This document shows, piece after piece, positions 1 to 8,081 of a stretch of 64,000 nucleotides of DNA. Position 1 is the stretch's first letter, and the number at the start of each line of letters is the position of its first letter. A program made the translations under genes and the position numbers. The DNA comes from Candidatus Cloacimonadota bacterium. Lineage in GTDB: Bacteria; Cloacimonadota; Cloacimonadia; Cloacimonadales; WRIO01. The stretch is taken from NCBI GenBank assembly GCA_029553545.1, contig JAKPKU010000001.1, positions 5,639-69,638 on the forward strand, written 5' to 3'. The notes under the pieces are model-generated. The model did not search any database, had not been told where the DNA came from, and saw only the letters and a list, made by a program, of their open reading frames with translations.

Positions 1-509
1 GTAGTAAAGCTATTACTGGCTGTTATGAACTGTTTGTATGCTATTGTTGTTTCTTGATGAGAGTTGATATTATCTGCGATTATCACTGCATCGTTATCAA
101 GTTTTGGTATTATTTGCTGTATGTAGTTGATGTAAGATTTTTTATTAGCATCGATAAAAACGAAATCATAGGTACAGTCTAAAGATGGTATAATATCTTC
201 AGCTTTTCCAAAATGTATTATGATGTTTTTCCTACTTTTTAGGTTTTCCGTTGCCATATTGAAGCGCTTTTCATCGACTTCTATAGTATCAATTAAGCAA
301 TTATCATTTTGACAAGCGACACTCATCATAAATGATGAAAAACCATTGGATGTACCTATCTCTAAAATATGTTTAGGTTTTTTTATCTGTACAAGAAAGA
401 AAAGTAGGTTTGCTGATTCAGGATCAATATTCCAAAGTCGTCTAATTTCACTCTTTTGTTTATCAAACTGAGCAAACTCATTAATATATTGCTGCTTTAA
501 TTTTTCCAT
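1..509 (-). CDS. class I SAM-dependent O-methyltransferase (family 3, YrrM/caffeoyl-CoA OMT-like); 3' end lies outside the window
   Basis: Not in the ORF track because it runs off the window. The minus-strand ATG at 509-507 opens MEKLKQQYINEF...HILEIGTSNGFSSFMM...YDFVFIDANKKSY. The LEIGTxxG SAM motif I and DFVFIDAxK are typical of O-methyltransferase family 3. It overlaps the stop of the upstream GT2 gene by 13 nt, consistent with an operon. Confidence 0.6.
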   Translation of the reverse strand, partial: MEKLKQQYINEFAQFDKQKSEIRRLWNIDPESANLLFFLVQIKKPKHILEIGTSNGFSSFMMSVACQNDNCLIDTIEVDEKRFNMATENLKSRKNIIIHFGKAEDIIPSLDCTYDFVFIDANKKSYINYIQQIIPKLDNDAVIIADNINSHQETTIAYKQFITASNSFT

Positions 510-1618
510 TTATATGCCCCAAAAGTTCCTTTTAGTCCATAAAACAAAAAATATGGGATATAGAATAATTCCATAAACGGTAGTAATAATATGCTATTAT
601 ATAATTTCATTTTAATCTGCCATGTTATAATCAAAGCGGCATCTGCTATGGTTTTGATTAAAAAAACTACAAGAAATATATTCCATTTTGCAAGCCCTAA
701 AACTGAGAAAAGGAAGAGTAATAATAATAGAAAGTAAAAAATAGCAACTGACAATACAATGGTTTTAAGGTATGCAGGATAGTATTTTAACTTTGAAGCA
801 CGTCTTATTTCTTGTTGGTGATGTTCTGAAATTGTTTTGTCTTCAATAGATGGCACAATAGAATTTTGTGAGAACATAAAACTATGTTTATTAGTTAGTT
901 TTCTTTGCAATAGCAGCATTAAATCATCATCACCAGACTTTATATGCCCAATCTTGCTAAAACCTCCAGCATTAATAAAATTGGACTTTCTATATACCAT
1001 ATTTCGTGCAGTGCATGTCATTGGGATATTATGCCCAAAACTTGCAGAGGTAAGTGCAAATATAGACATTCTTTCAAAAGACTTAAAGGTATCAATAATA
1101 CTTGGGCGTTTATAGATTAATGGTGAATAGCCTGCAATAAAGTCAGTTTTATCGTCAATGTGTTTATTTATTTCATTAAGCCATTCTTCTGACGGCAAGC
1201 AATCGGCGTCTGTAAAGGCGAGGTACTCATATTTAGCATTGTCGATAGCAATTTGTAATGCTCTTTTTTTACCTATTAAATTAGAGTATTGTTTCTCATT
1301 GATAAAATCTTTAACTCTAAAAGTGTGTAAATTGCTCTTTAAAGTAAGCTTAGTGAGTAAGTGAAAAGTAGAATCTTCTGATCTATCATCGACTATAATA
1401 ATCTCGTAATGATCTTTGGGATAATTTTGCTTTGTGAGGATGTCACATAGCCTTGCAATGTGTTGTTCTTCATTACGTGCAGCTACAATGATTGAAAAAT
1501 TAGTGTAAGTACTCTTTTTATTATAATATCTATGTTTATAATGCCCAAAACTTAAATAAATAAAGAAAAGAAGGTAAATAAAAGATAAAAATAAAACTAT
1601 ATAATAAAGCGTTATCAT
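497..1618 (-). CDS. membrane-bound family 2 glycosyltransferase
   Basis: Contains GT2 signatures: FSIIVAARNEE...YEIIIVDDRSEDST...AFTDADC...GDDDLM. It has an N-terminal TM helix and several C-terminal TM helices, and overlaps the dnaX stop by 4 nt. Confidence 0.75.
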   Translation of the reverse strand: MITLYYIVLFLSFIYLLFFIYLSFGHYKHRYYNKKSTYTNFSIIVAARNEEQHIARLCDILTKQNYPKDHYEIIIVDDRSEDSTFHLLTKLTLKSNLHTFRVKDFINEKQYSNLIGKKRALQIAIDNAKYEYLAFTDADCLPSEEWLNEINKHIDDKTDFIAGYSPLIYKRPSIIDTFKSFERMSIFALTSASFGHNIPMTCTARNMVYRKSNFINAGGFSKIGHIKSGDDDLMLLLQRKLTNKHSFMFSQNSIVPSIEDKTISEHHQQEIRRASKLKYYPAYLKTIVLSVAIFYFLLLLLFLFSVLGLAKWNIFLVVFLIKTIADAALIITWQIKMKLYNSILLLPFMELFYIPYFLFYGLKGTFGAYKWKN

Positions 1619-3216
1619 GTAATTCTTGAATCTGTCATTTCAATAAACTGAGCTAAATTAGGTGATTCATTTTTAATGTCTTGAAGAGTCGGGTTCTTAA
1701 TTACATTAACAGTTTTATCCTGTACAAGCTCAAAGAATACTTTTATTTTCAAATTAAAATGCTTATAGAAAATTTCTTCTATGCCAGCTGTTTGTTTTTT
1801 TAGCATTTCAAAAGCTATTGTTTGATTTGTAATAAGGTGAAGTCCGTTGTTTTCAAATGCTTTAATGGTTAAGTTTTGGAAAAAAGCACCTATTACAGAG
1901 AATTCTTTATTTATTTTTTCACATATTGCAGCCCAGTTCTCTTTAATTGCCTCTAAAGTAATTTCATAGACTAAGGGGCTTGTATTCTTAACATCTTTAA
2001 TAATCTTTTCTTGTATAGCTTGTGTCTGTTTTTGGCTAATGTCCTGTATTTGGGTTGTTAGTTTGGTAATAGGTATTTGCTGGACGGTAATGCTACCTGA
2101 CTCAAGCTGTTCAAGTATATGATTAATTGACTTCATTTCTGATATTTTGGATAGTTTTATAAAACACATCTCAATTACTATATTGGAATTGTGGCTTTGT
2201 CTAATTTGGCTTTTAGTTTCTATAAGATACGACATAATGTAGATTAATTCGTCTTGGCTAAACTCTTTACATATTTCTTTCATCATGTCTACTTGAATTT
2301 GGTTAAGGTCTTTTGTAGGAATATTCAAATGTATTAGTAGCATATTTCTAAGATAGTCTAAATAAGAGTTGATAAATTCATTAATATCAAGACCTTTATC
2401 TGTCACAATAGCTAGAAGCTTTATCATTTCTGCAGGGTTGTGATTTGCGATAGCTTTCATCATATTATGAAAAATATCATTATCAACCATGCCAAAAATG
2501 GTCCTTACATTTTCGCTTGTTGTATGTTTATTGCCATAAGAAATCACTTGATCCATCAAAGATAAAGCGTCTCTCATGCCTCCATCAGCTTTCTTGGCAA
2601 TAACGAAAAGAGCTTCTTCATCTATGCTAATTTGTTCAATTTTACAGATTTCTTTTAGTCTTGCAACAATTGCTTCAACAGGGATTCTTTTGAAATCAAA
2701 GCGCTGGCATCTTGATATAATAGTTGGTAGTATTTTATGTGGTTCGGTGGTTGCAAAGATAAACAAGACATTTTTGGGAGGTTCTTCCAGCGTTTTTAAT
2801 AGTGCATTAAATGCATTTTTACTTAGCATGTGCACTTCGTCTATTATGAATATCTTAAATTTTGAATTATTGGTTGAGTACATTAATTCTTTTTGTAGAT
2901 CACGTATATCGTCAACACTTGTATTTGATGCACCGTCAATTTCAATAACATCAGCAGAATTTCCTTGTGTTATTTCAACACAATTAGTACAGATACCACA
3001 TGGGCTGATGGTCGGTCCATGTATACAGTTTAGGCTTTTTGCAAATATTCTGGCGAGAGAAGTTTTACCCACCCCTCTCGATCCTGTAAATAGATATGCT
3101 TGCCCTATTCGTTCGCTTTCAATAGCATTTTTAATAATTTGAACTATGTGATCTTGTGCATACACCTCAGTGAAGTTCTGCGGTCTATATTTTCTGGCTA
3201 AAACAATATATGACAT
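1615..3216 (-). CDS. dnaX: DNA polymerase III subunit gamma/tau
   Basis: The N-terminus LARKYRPQNFTEVYAQDHIV, Walker A GSRGVGKTS, zinc module CxxCxxC (CGICTNC), DEVHML and SRC motif (IISRCQRF) are all diagnostic of DnaX. Confidence 0.95.
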   Translation of the reverse strand: MSYIVLARKYRPQNFTEVYAQDHIVQIIKNAIESERIGQAYLFTGSRGVGKTSLARIFAKSLNCIHGPTISPCGICTNCVEITQGNSADVIEIDGASNTSVDDIRDLQKELMYSTNNSKFKIFIIDEVHMLSKNAFNALLKTLEEPPKNVLFIFATTEPHKILPTIISRCQRFDFKRIPVEAIVARLKEICKIEQISIDEEALFVIAKKADGGMRDALSLMDQVISYGNKHTTSENVRTIFGMVDNDIFHNMMKAIANHNPAEMIKLLAIVTDKGLDINEFINSYLDYLRNMLLIHLNIPTKDLNQIQVDMMKEICKEFSQDELIYIMSYLIETKSQIRQSHNSNIVIEMCFIKLSKISEMKSINHILEQLESGSITVQQIPITKLTTQIQDISQKQTQAIQEKIIKDVKNTSPLVYEITLEAIKENWAAICEKINKEFSVIGAFFQNLTIKAFENNGLHLITNQTIAFEMLKKQTAGIEEIFYKHFNLKIKVFFELVQDKTVNVIKNPTLQDIKNESPNLAQFIEMTDSRIT

Positions 3217-3237
3217 ACTTTTCCCTAAATGTATTTA

Positions 3238-4032
3238 TTAAAGGTTAAAAAGGTACTTTCTTATTCTCTTGCTAATCACCACAAAAAACAATGCAAGCCC
3301 GATCATTAGGGTAGATAATGAGTTTATTGTAGTAATAGTGCCTCGCCTTATAGCACCTTCGACATAGACAGGCAGCGTGTTAAAGCCTCTACCTGATGTA
3401 AAAAATGTGATCATAAAATCATCTATCGATAATGTAAAGGTAAGCAGAGCTGCGGCAATTATTCCAGGCATTAAAAGAGGAAGTTGAATCTTAAAGAAAA
3501 TCTGCCTTTTGTTTGCTCCTAAGTCCATTGCTGCGTCGATTAAATTGTAATCAAAGCCTTCAAGCCGAGATTGAATAACAATGATTGAATAAGAAACACA
3601 AAATGTTATATGTGCAAATAAAACAGTCAGCATACCCATTTTAATCTTTAAAAAGCTAAATAATAATGCTAATGAAACCCCCATTAATATATCTGGCATT
3701 ATCAGTGGTATAAATATTAATCCTTGAAAAAACTTTGCACCTTTAAATTTCTTATTTTCAAGTGCCAAAGCTGAAACTAAGCCAAGGATAGTAGAAAATA
3801 TTGTTGATAACACTGCAATAAGCATAGTGTTTTTAAAAGAGTTAATTATATCTTTATTTTTAAATAGTAATCCATAATACTTAAATGTAAATCCTCTCCA
3901 CGAAGATATAAACTTAGAGTCATTAAAGCTATATATAACAAGTAGTAATATTGGGATATAAAGAAAAATTATTACAAAAGTAAAGGTGGTAATATTGAAG
4001 ATATTAGATTTGTTTTTTTTAGTTTTCATCAA
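3238..4032 (-). CDS. potC: spermidine/putrescine ABC transporter permease
   Basis: Six-TM BPD-type permease with the EAA loop DAAMDLGANKRQIFFKIQLPLLMPG. It is the third gene of a potA-potB-potC order. Confidence 0.8.
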   Translation of the reverse strand: MMKTKKNKSNIFNITTFTFVIIFLYIPILLLVIYSFNDSKFISSWRGFTFKYYGLLFKNKDIINSFKNTMLIAVLSTIFSTILGLVSALALENKKFKGAKFFQGLIFIPLIMPDILMGVSLALLFSFLKIKMGMLTVLFAHITFCVSYSIIVIQSRLEGFDYNLIDAAMDLGANKRQIFFKIQLPLLMPGIIAAALLTFTLSIDDFMITFFTSGRGFNTLPVYVEGAIRRGTITTINSLSTLMIGLALFFVVISKRIRKYLFNL

Positions 4033-4906
4033 GCTCTACCATCTTTTCTTTAAACTTTATATGCAAGAAATAGAATAAAACAAGTAAAACTGAAATGAAT
4101 AACAATAAGATTAGTGACAAGGCAGAGGCGAGAGGCCAATTCCTTGGTATGTTTTTAATCTTATAAGTAATTATTTGTCCAATGTACAATGAGTCTTGTG
4201 AACCAACTAACTGAGGTATTATATATGCTCCTAAGGCAGGAATAAATACGAGGATTGAGCCTGCTAAGATTCCGTCTTTTGAGAGTGGTAAGGTGATTTT
4301 GTAAAATGCTTTAAGTTTGTTTGCGCCCAAATCCATAGCAGCATCTAATAGGCTAAAATCCATTTTTTCGATATTGCTGTATAAGGGGAGAATCATATAC
4401 GGTAGATAAACGTATACCATAACAAGAATGACAGCAAAATCATTACGAATGAGCATTAGTGGTGATTCTGTAAACTTAAAATAAATTAGTAAATTATTCA
4501 GTATTCCTTCTGGCGATAAAAATATTCTCCATGAGAAAATCCTAATTATAAAGTTAGTTAAAAAGGGGATAATAATCAGGACTAATAGTATATTTTTGAT
4601 TTTCTCTGAGCTCCTTGCTATTAAATATGCGGCAGGATAGCCTAATAATAAGCATACTATTGTCGATATTAATGCCAGTCTAAAAGAAAGATAAAAAGAA
4701 CGAAGGTATTCTACTGAAAATACTTCTCGATATGCATCTAAAGAAAAAACAGCTTTCACATCATAAATATCGGTTTGCAAAAAGCTGTAGATGATTATGA
4801 TAATATATGGAATTAAAAAGAAAAAAACAAGCCAAGCCATCGTTGGGAACGACAAAACCCAGCTATATAAGTTTTTCTTTTTCTGAAGATATTCTTCGCT
4901 TTTCAC
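4019..4906 (-). CDS. potB: spermidine/putrescine ABC transporter permease
   Basis: BPD-type permease with the EAA loop DAAMDLGANKLKAFYKITLPLSKDG. It abuts potA and overlaps potC. Confidence 0.8.
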   Translation of the reverse strand: MKSEEYLQKKKNLYSWVLSFPTMAWLVFFFLIPYIIIIIYSFLQTDIYDVKAVFSLDAYREVFSVEYLRSFYLSFRLALISTIVCLLLGYPAAYLIARSSEKIKNILLVLIIIPFLTNFIIRIFSWRIFLSPEGILNNLLIYFKFTESPLMLIRNDFAVILVMVYVYLPYMILPLYSNIEKMDFSLLDAAMDLGANKLKAFYKITLPLSKDGILAGSILVFIPALGAYIIPQLVGSQDSLYIGQIITYKIKNIPRNWPLASALSLILLLFISVLLVLFYFLHIKFKEKMVELDEN

Positions 4907-6046
4907 CTATTTTACGCTCTCCTTTACTTGTGGGATTTGTTCTTCAATTACAAATGAATCGATATCGTGCCAAAATAGATAAACTTCTTCTTCCCAGTCT
5001 AATGCTACATCATCAAAATATACACGTTTATGTTGATTAAACACACGGAACTTGTGTTTACCAACTCTTACAATATATTGCGTATGAGTGCCTAAATATA
5101 GTATATCTTCGACTATTCCTTTTATGATGTTAAAATCACTCTTTATGTTTGGTTGTTTTCTTGAGATTGCGATTTTCTCAGGGCGTAGAGAGAGCGTGAC
5201 TTTTTCGCCTACTTCAACTTTTAAGTGGCAAGAGCTATCTAATACTATTTTTTGACCATCCTGTTCAAGCTCAGTTTCTATTTCTATAAATTCATCTTCA
5301 ATACCAACTACCTCACCAGAAATAAGATTGGTATCACCTATAAAATATGCAGAGAATATGGAATTAGGTCTTTCATAAATATCACCAGGTTGCCCTGTTT
5401 GAACAATTTGCCCCTTATTCATAATTGTCATGCGATCAGAAACACTCATTGCCTCGCCTTGATCATGGGTAACATAAATAAAAGTAATTCCGACTAAATC
5501 GTGAATGTTCATTAACTCGATTATCATTCTTTGTCTTAATTTTAAGTCAAGCGCAGCTACTGGTTCATCGAGCAATAATACTTTTGGTTTATTTATGAGT
5601 GCTCTACCAATGGCAATCCTTTGTTTTTGCCCGCCGCTTATTTCATTTGGATATTTATCTTTATGTTCAAACATTTGTACAATATTTAGCATTTCATGTA
5701 CTTGTTTTTTTATTTCATTTTCAGGTACTTTTTTTATTCTTAAACCAAAAGCTACGTTTTCGAAGATACTCATATGTGGAAATAAAGAGTAGTTTTGAAA
5801 AATCGTATTGACTTGCCTTTTATAAGGAGGTAATTCAGTAATATCTTGATTTTCAATAAATATTCGACCTTCTGTAGGCATCTCAAAGCCAGCTATCATC
5901 CTTAATATCGTAGTTTTTCCACATCCGCTTGGTCCAAGAAAGGAAAAAAGTTCACCATTATTTATTGTTAGTGAAACATTGTCTACAGCTTTAAAATTGC
6001 CAAAATTCTTTGTAACATTTTCAATTCTTATTTCTCCCAATATCAA
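4907..6046 (-). CDS. potA: spermidine/putrescine ABC transporter ATP-binding protein
   Basis: Walker A GPSGCGKTT, signature ISGGQKQR and Walker B LLLDEP are present, plus a C-terminal TOBE-like regulatory domain. The start is TTG at 6046; a second TTG at 6040 has better spacing to the AAAGG. Confidence 0.9.
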   Translation of the reverse strand: MILGEIRIENVTKNFGNFKAVDNVSLTINNGELFSFLGPSGCGKTTILRMIAGFEMPTEGRIFIENQDITELPPYKRQVNTIFQNYSLFPHMSIFENVAFGLRIKKVPENEIKKQVHEMLNIVQMFEHKDKYPNEISGGQKQRIAIGRALINKPKVLLLDEPVAALDLKLRQRMIIELMNIHDLVGITFIYVTHDQGEAMSVSDRMTIMNKGQIVQTGQPGDIYERPNSIFSAYFIGDTNLISGEVVGIEDEFIEIETELEQDGQKIVLDSSCHLKVEVGEKVTLSLRPEKIAISRKQPNIKSDFNIIKGIVEDILYLGTHTQYIVRVGKHKFRVFNQHKRVYFDDVALDWEEEVYLFWHDIDSFVIEEQIPQVKESVK

Positions 6047-6087
6047 ACCTTTCTATAGATAATCTATATATATTGTATTTCTGTTAC

Positions 6088-6115
6088 AATATAATTAATG
6101 CCATCCATTTGTCAA
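6088..6115 (-). promoter_or_regulatory. putative sigma70-type promoter of the potABC operon
   Basis: On the minus strand, TTGACA (6115-6110) is followed by a 16-nt spacer and TATATT (6093-6088). It lies about 70 nt upstream of the potA start. Confidence 0.4.
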
Positions 6116-6300
6116 AGACTTTTTTATTTATTATTACTATACTCAAAAAGTAGACGTAGAATGTTGGTCTGATGTAGTGATTAATAGCAATAGCTCAAAG
6201 TATCTGTCATTAAAGATGCCATGCAAAATGCCCATTTTAAAAGCATTTTGATCTTAAAAAATTGCTGGCTATAAACTCTTTAATTAGTGATTGTTCTTTT

Positions 6301-6658
6301 TATATCGAGAGGATCGAAAAGCGATCTCAAATCACATCTTTTTCTATCTTTCAAAAGTTCGTAATAAATCTCCTTTTTATTCCCTTTTGATTCCTATAGA
6401 AATACCTTTCATTCTCCAAGATAGCAAAGGGAATGTAAGAGGAGTCGTGTAGGTATATTATAGATAAATAGCCTTATACATTAATAAATGAAAAATGAGC
6501 AAAAAGCTGGAAAATCAGGACCAGATTACAGAGATATTTGTTCTTTTATGACACTGTTTTCTTTTCAATAAGATCATTTTTAAACAGAGATTTTTAGTAG
6601 ATTATTTTTATTTATCGTGCAATAACTTCATACAGTAAAAAAACAGCTAAAATAGCAT
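6301..6658 (-). repeat. conserved intergenic element, copy 1 (minus orientation, co-oriented with potABC)
   Basis: The 30-nt core CATTCCCTTTGCTATCTTGGAGAATGAAAG lies at 6435-6406 on the minus strand. Flanks align by eye to the copies at about 21900, 32625 and 46783. No reading frame is conserved across copies. Outer boundaries are approximate. Confidence 0.8.
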
Positions 6659-6860
6659 TAATTCACACATTTGGTGCATTTTTAACTTATTATATGGCGG
6701 AAATACAAACGAGCCATGCAATCATATAAATGTAGTAAAAGTATTAATATATAGGTCTTTAAGTAATAAATAAATTTATTATCAAAAATATAAGTTGACA
6801 AAAATTAAAAGATATTTAAATTATATAATGTAATAGTAAATATGTTTTAAAGGAGATTTT

Positions 6861-7103
6861 ATGAAAAGCATATCAAAAGTTATAGGGTTGGGAAGTATTC
6901 TTGCCATGTTATTTCTTGCTGCATGTACGCCACCACCACCACCAATATCAAAAGATCAGCTAAGTAAAGCTGAAGAAGAGACAACTATGACGGAAAAAAG
7001 GGCTGCAGGCATAGCTAAACAAAGAGCAGAACTTCAACAAGAGGTTGATGAAAGAAATAGCAAGCTTTCTACTCTCAAGCAAATGGAAGCAGAAATGCAG
7101 TAA
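6861..7103 (+). CDS. small lipoprotein with coiled-coil C-terminus
   Basis: Signal peptide with lipobox LAAC, then PPPPP and a charged helical segment. AGGAG lies 7 nt upstream of the ATG. Confidence 0.6.
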   Translation: MKSISKVIGLGSILAMLFLAACTPPPPPISKDQLSKAEEETTMTEKRAAGIAKQRAELQQEVDERNSKLSTLKQMEAEMQ

Positions 7104-7117
7104 AGGGGTATGATTGT

Positions 7118-8029
7118 ATGAAAAAGATAATTTTAATTAGTTTAATACTTGTAGTATTGTTCCCTGTTACTCTTCGTGCTACTTTTACCTATCTAAATGA
7201 TGATGAGTATAAGAAATTAAGTAAAGCTGAAAGAGAACAGTATATCATCGAATTAGAAGGAAGATATGAATCACTAGGACAAAGAAGAGAGAGTGCTGAA
7301 GCAAATATCGAACGTGATATAGCAGCTATCGAAGAATTAAATAAGGAACTTGAAGATATAAACAAAGAGATTCAAAGACTATATGACACTTTAGGCATAA
7401 CAGAAGAAAATCTTAATGCATATCGTTCAACAATTAATTACTACAAAGATCAAGCTACAAATTGGGAGAGCATGAGCGATTCTCAGCTATGGGATAACGC
7501 AAAGGCTTTTAAAGAGTTGAATGTAGCATATGATAAAACAAAAGAAGAGCGTCTTGCAAAACTACCAGAATTCAAGAGAGAATTTAATGATTTAGACAGA
7601 AGATTTGTTGCAATTGATAATTCAATGAAGGCGTTTGCAAAAGCACAAAATGAGGCTAAACAAGCACAATCTCAAGATGGTTACAGTGAAGATAATTACA
7701 CAACCGTCAGAGGAGATTACTTATCCAAGATAGCAGCATATGACCACATATACGGTGATTCTAAAAAATGGGGAATTATTTATCGCGCGAATCGCGATCA
7801 GATCAAAGACCCCAATATCCTTAAAGAAGGAATGGAAATAAAGATTCCACGCGGATTACCTACTAGTTGGAAGGTTTATCGAGGCGAATCATTGTGGAAA
7901 ATCGCTGCATACCCAGAAGTATACGGAAAAGGAAGCAAATGGACGCTAATTTACCGGGCAAACAAAGATCAAATTAAGGATCCAAATATAATTTATCCAA
8001 ATCAAACATTCTCTATACCAAGAGATTAA
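7118..8029 (+). CDS. secreted coiled-coil protein with two C-terminal LysM domains
   Basis: N-terminal signal peptide and a long charged coiled-coil region. There are two LysM-like repeats (YTTVRGDYLSKIA...IKIP and YRGESLWKIA...FSIP). Confidence 0.7.
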   Translation: MKKIILISLILVVLFPVTLRATFTYLNDDEYKKLSKAEREQYIIELEGRYESLGQRRESAEANIERDIAAIEELNKELEDINKEIQRLYDTLGITEENLNAYRSTINYYKDQATNWESMSDSQLWDNAKAFKELNVAYDKTKEERLAKLPEFKREFNDLDRRFVAIDNSMKAFAKAQNEAKQAQSQDGYSEDNYTTVRGDYLSKIAAYDHIYGDSKKWGIIYRANRDQIKDPNILKEGMEIKIPRGLPTSWKVYRGESLWKIAAYPEVYGKGSKWTLIYRANKDQIKDPNIIYPNQTFSIPRD

Positions 8030-8043
8030 AATAATTTACGCCT

Positions 8044-8073
8044 AGTAGTCTCCTTTTGGAGACTACTTTTTTC
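8044..8073 (+). terminator. rho-independent terminator
   Basis: A perfect 10-bp stem AGTAGTCTCC / GGAGACTACT with a TTTT loop is followed by a T-run. Confidence 0.8.
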
Positions 8074-8081
8074 TCATTTAT

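Noticed and set aside
1795-1801. An A AAA AAA slippery heptamer in frame in dnaX (CTA AAA AAA CAA), considered as a possible gamma/tau -1 frameshift site.
   Set aside because: It lies at about codon 472 of 533, so a shift would remove only about 60 residues. I saw no downstream stem-loop or upstream SD-like enhancer. It is most likely just Lys-Lys codons in an AT-rich genome.
2576-3142. A 188-aa plus-strand ORF antisense to dnaX, and the many similar shadow ORFs in the track. Examples: 837-1115, 5505-5792, 9430-9813, 10454-10858, 19938-20282, 22925-23290, 24384-24707, 28551-28922, 29017-29358, 30081-30389, 52939-53247, 59687-60025.
   Set aside because: Each lies entirely antisense or out of frame within a gene that has strong family motifs. 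They have low-complexity or Ser/Leu/Phe/Ile-rich composition typical of AT-rich shadow frames, and they lack RBS-start arrangements.
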